Assembly: GCA_038118245.1 (NCBI GenBank)
Contig: JAYOHN010000005.1
Coordinates: forward strand, 1 to 48,239
Direction of reading: 5' to 3'
From: Poseidonia sp.
GTDB lineage: Archaea > Thermoplasmatota > Poseidoniia > Poseidoniales > Poseidoniaceae
Length of the DNA: 48,239 nucleotides
The translations under genes were made by a program, and so were the position numbers. The notes under the pieces were generated by a model. The model was not told the DNA's origin. It saw only the letters and a program-made list of their open reading frames with translations, and ran no database searches. Positions 45,835-48,239 of the stretch are shown one piece after another; positions within the stretch are counted from its first letter, which is position 1, and each line of letters starts with the position of its first letter.

Positions 45835-47559
45835 ATGCCCGTTGACCTCGCCTCGGCCAATTTGCCGAGCGAACCAGGGGTGTACCTCTTCAAAACCTCA
45901 CAGGGTCGGGTCTTGTACGTCGGCAAAGCCACGAGACTCAACGAACGCATTCGGTCTTATTTCGCTTCCAACCCTGACCGGGTGATGATCCCCGAACTGG
46001 TGGAGCGAGCCGATGACATTGAGTGCATCGTCACCCAAACGCCCCAAGCCGCTTTGGTGCTGGAACGGCAGTTGATTCGAGAACACATGCCTCGCTTCAA
46101 CTCAATGCTGAAAGACGGGAAGTCCTTTCCGTACTTGGCGATGACCAACGAGGCCTACCCCCGCATCATGTACACCCGTCATCCACCCAAGTCGAGTGAA
46201 CAATGGGGGCCGTTTCCAAACGCCGGGGCCGCCAAACAGGTGATGCAGCTGCTGCGCCGTCAATTCGGCATTCGGGACTGCAAGGAATTGCTTCCCCAAG
46301 GGTGCCTTTCCATGCACATCGGCCTGTGCGCCGGGCCGTGCATCAACGGTGAAGGCTACGACGACCGCGTCAAGGCCGTGCGCCGGGTTCTCAACGGAGA
46401 TGCGGCGCCGCTGCTGGAGGAATTGGTGGCGAGCATGGAGGCGGCCTCCGAAGAAGAGGCGTACGAAACCGCCGCTCAACATCGCGACATGATTCGCGCC
46501 GTGCGAGCCACCACAAGCCAGCACGTGGTGTCAAGCAAAGTCTACCGGGATTGCGACGCCATCGGCTTTGATGCGGTGGGCGATTTGGCTGCCTTGGTCG
46601 TCTTGCATGCCGACGACGGCATGGTGCAGGGCCAAGAGGCGTGGCCTGCCGTTCACCGCGGGGACATCGGAGAAACGGTTTCCATGTTCATCGCCGAACA
46701 CTACGCTCACCGAACACCGCCTCGCTTGTTGCTCTCGCCCGTACCGATTTTCGACGGCCTCCAATCCTGGCTTGACGAGCGGCGCGGCGCCGCTGTTGAG
46801 GTGAGGGTCCCCCAACGGGGGGACCTCGAGAACCTCGCCACGCTCGCCCGCCAAAACGCTTCCATCCAACTCCAACGCCTGGTCAACAAGTCCAGCGGTT
46901 CGCTTGAACAACGGGCGGCTGATGAAGGCGCCAAAGCCCTGGGAATGCCCTCCTTGGACCACATCGTGTGTTTTGACATGGCTCAACTGCTCGGGGACGA
47001 ACGGGTTGGAGCCAGCGTGGTGATGCGCAACGGCAGGCCGGCAAAGGACGAGTATCGCAAATACATCGTCAAAGGCGAGGCGATGGACGACCTGCGGATG
47101 ATGAAAGAAGTCGTCGTTCGCTGGGCGAAACGGCAAGAGGAGTGGCCGGATTTGTTGCTCATCGACGGAGGCGAAACCCACCTGAGCACCATCCGACAGG
47201 CGCTGGAAGAACACGGATGGGAGGACCGCTTCCCACTGGCAGCGCTTGCCAAGCGGGAGGAGACCATCTTCCGGACCGACAAAGAACCGCTTGTGCTGGA
47301 CCGCACCGGACGCGTGCTGGTGCACGCCAGGGACGAGGCCCATCGCTTCGTGAACACCTTCCATCGTCGCCGAAGAAGCCGTTCTCGCCTTGCTGACCCT
47401 CTTGAGGAGGTTGAAGGCTTGGGGGCAAAAAAATTGCAAACCCTGCTGCGCCACTTTGGTGGGCGAAAGGGCATTGAGCACGCCTCGGAGAGCGAACTCA
47501 CCACGGTGCCCGGCATCGGCCCGGCTCTGGCGAGCCGGATATATTCAGCCCTTCACTAA
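45835..47559 (+). CDS. uvrC: Excinuclease ABC subunit C
   Basis: PGVYLF..VLYVGKA..L..RIRSYF (GIY-YIG), Cys cluster, YETAAQHRD, FDMA, PDLLLIDGG, RDEAHRF, two HhH motifs. Start ATG 45835. Confidence 0.95.
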   Translation: MPVDLASANLPSEPGVYLFKTSQGRVLYVGKATRLNERIRSYFASNPDRVMIPELVERADDIECIVTQTPQAALVLERQLIREHMPRFNSMLKDGKSFPYLAMTNEAYPRIMYTRHPPKSSEQWGPFPNAGAAKQVMQLLRRQFGIRDCKELLPQGCLSMHIGLCAGPCINGEGYDDRVKAVRRVLNGDAAPLLEELVASMEAASEEEAYETAAQHRDMIRAVRATTSQHVVSSKVYRDCDAIGFDAVGDLAALVVLHADDGMVQGQEAWPAVHRGDIGETVSMFIAEHYAHRTPPRLLLSPVPIFDGLQSWLDERRGAAVEVRVPQRGDLENLATLARQNASIQLQRLVNKSSGSLEQRAADEGAKALGMPSLDHIVCFDMAQLLGDERVGASVVMRNGRPAKDEYRKYIVKGEAMDDLRMMKEVVVRWAKRQEEWPDLLLIDGGETHLSTIRQALEEHGWEDRFPLAALAKREETIFRTDKEPLVLDRTGRVLVHARDEAHRFVNTFHRRRRSRSRLADPLEEVEGLGAKKLQTLLRHFGGRKGIEHASESELTTVPGIGPALASRIYSALH

Positions 47560-48239
47560 CGGGAAAGTTCGTCGATGAACGCCATGTCTTCAATGGTCTC
47601 ACCGTGACGCAAAGCCGGGCTCGAGAAACCCGCCAAATCAGCAAACTCGCTGTCACCGAGTTGCGCCTTGTTGATGCTGGATTCTCGGTTTGCCAGCGCC
47701 GCCTTCTTGGCCCGCTTCTTGCGTCGGCGGCGACGAATGAACAACACCAGCAAGATGAGGACGATGGTCGGGTAGACCCAGAATTGGATGAGGAAGTAGA
47801 TCCAACCGACCTCAACGCGGTAGGAGATCTCGTCAGAGAATTCACCGGGCGGCACCACGTAGGTGACCACTTGACGTCCGTCGTCTTCGCTCAGAACAAG
47901 GTTGCCCGAGGTGGAAGAGACGTCGACCAGTTGGATGCCTCGAGGAAGGGTAAACGAAACAGGACCGGTGTAGGCCAGGCCGTTTTCCTCGAGAACCGTG
48001 GTGTTGACGGTCCCGGTTTCAACCCGAATGGTCTCTTGCTCTTGGGGCGGGTACATGACGCCGCTGCCGCTGACGATGGAGGATTGGAGGCCGGTGGTGA
48101 AGGCATCAGCCGCCATTTTCAACGGTTGATTGAAGACCGACTGGATGGCGCTGGTGACCACGCTCAACTTGATGTCGTTGGGGTCGGTTTCGGCCAGTTC
48201 AAACCACCCAAGACCCGTTCCGATGGTGAACGTCACCTC
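47556..48239 (-). CDS. C-terminal part of a membrane-anchored protein (5' end outside window)
   Basis: Open frame to the window edge, beta-rich region, TM FWVYPTIVLILLVLFI, then RRRRRKKRAKK. Confidence 0.7.
   Translation of the reverse strand, partial: EVTFTIGTGLGWFELAETDPNDIKLSVVTSAIQSVFNQPLKMAADAFTTGLQSSIVSGSGVMYPPQEQETIRVETGTVNTTVLEENGLAYTGPVSFTLPRGIQLVDVSSTSGNLVLSEDDGRQVVTYVVPPGEFSDEISYRVEVGWIYFLIQFWVYPTIVLILLVLFIRRRRRKKRAKKAALANRESSINKAQLGDSEFADLAGFSSPALRHGETIEDMAFIDELSR

Overview
Gene-dense, fairly GC-rich window that reads as Marine Group II-like Euryarchaeota (Poseidoniales/Thermoplasmatota). This assignment is inferred from TATA-type promoters about 25 bp before near-leaderless starts, TrmB and stand-alone Lrp regulators, many bacterial-type metabolic genes and giant Asp-rich surface proteins. 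I support 33 CDS (one partial) and a tRNA-Phe(GAA), and see no CRISPR, IS, integrase or rRNA. The best candidate system is a ~10.5 kb photoprotection locus (22942-33453). A NUDIX / class II photolyase / TIGR01777 arm is transcribed divergently from ribA / atypical peroxiredoxin / TrmB-V4R-like regulator / ABC1 kinase / crtI / crtB, and MsrC follows. Three strong TATA promoters in it share a motif. Also notable: an M29-like aminopeptidase that has lost most metal ligands, an integrin-like FG-GAP/TSP3 adhesin next to an EF-hand/QQQGWQQPPP protein, a split COG2426 membrane protein, a surface-protein + DUF4105 operon, and two HTH-less Lrp modules facing a wHTH-STAND protein. All calls come from motif recognition by eye; no searches were run.
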